From NCBI GenBank assembly GCA_002245135.1, contig NGBS01000880.1:124001-186715 (forward strand): 62,715 nucleotides of DNA, in the 5' to 3' direction. The position numbers and the translations under genes were made by a program. Each line of letters opens with the position of its first letter. Positions within the stretch are counted from its first letter, which is position 1. This document shows, one piece after another, positions 62,292-62,715 of the stretch. The stretch is from Proteromonas lacertae. Lineage: Eukaryota. The notes under the pieces are model-generated. The model searched no databases, had not been told where the DNA came from, and saw nothing but the letters and a program-made list of their open reading frames with translations.

Positions 62292-62715
62292 TTATTCCGA
62301 ATCGCTGGGATAACTTGATGAATCAGTGGACTCATCATCGCTGCTATAGGAAATGAGGTGATCATATTTATTATTGTGATTATAGCTATTATTACTATTA
62401 TCTCTTATTCTACTATCAAAATTCACTCTAAATTCATGATTATATAAATCGATATATAAAAATGAGTGATTACTCTGTTTAGTTGCATAATCATAATAAG
62501 ACTTGAAAACATCGAAATCGATCCATATATCCAAACTTGCATACAGATTTCGTAAATTAGCCATACTCAGGTTTTTGAATACCAAACAGTAATCAAGCTG
62601 TAAACGAACTGATGGAGTAATGTCAGTGACATATTGACTTGATATAATTACTTTTGACTTGTAATGACGGTTGACTTAAGTAATTTAGAAACGGATTTAT
62701 TTCTTAAATCAAATG
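62292..62715 (-). CDS. A32/FtsK-HerA-type genome packaging ATPase, C-terminal part, with a 1-nt frameshift at 62671-62672
   Basis: DLRNKSVSKLLKS / NRHYKSKVIISSQYVTDITPSVRLQLDYCLVF...YDYAT..HSFLYID (RH, SQ and arginine-finger motifs). Confidence 0.85.

Larger units (their letters stand above)
46336..62715. mobile_element. Endogenous Polinton/Maverick-like virus, left part; continues beyond the window
   Basis: Co-occurrence of a Polinton-type RVE integrase, adenain-like protease, A32-type ATPase and basic GG/GxG core proteins. Abrupt loss of recognisable host genes and visibly higher GC. Left boundary inferred. Confidence 0.9.

Overview
AT-rich eukaryotic genomic DNA with dense genes and very short GT-AG introns (about 26-50 nt, donors mostly GTAT). 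It is most consistent with a Blastocystis/Opalinata-like protist, which is an inference. Positions 1-46.3 kb are host chromosome: TBC Rab-GAP, a ~4,800-aa ubiquitin-like/midasin-like AAA+/multi-vWA gene broken by one frameshift and one stop, two BTB proteins, Sen54, a head-to-head TMEM258/OSTC pair, tRNase Z, an EF-hand protein, Hsp101/ClpB with heat-shock elements, ZMAT2, Ste24-like, TXNDC17, PP4c, UNC-93-like, eRF1, ACL4-like and a divergent kinesin. From ~46.3 kb to the window end is an endogenous Polinton/Maverick-like virus (RVE integrase, adenain-type protease, A32-type packaging ATPase). DNA polymerase and capsid genes are not recognisable here and presumably lie beyond the window. The element has several adenovirus-like features: two tandem Pol III-type hairpin RNA genes resembling VA RNAs, small GG/GxG-punctuated basic core proteins (one resembling the protein VI membrane-lytic helix), and spliceosomal introns. 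Its protease is in frame with a ~1,330-aa protein that appears only after a nested 1,160-bp hAT transposon (8-bp TSD) is removed. All family assignments come from motif recognition by eye; no database search was run.
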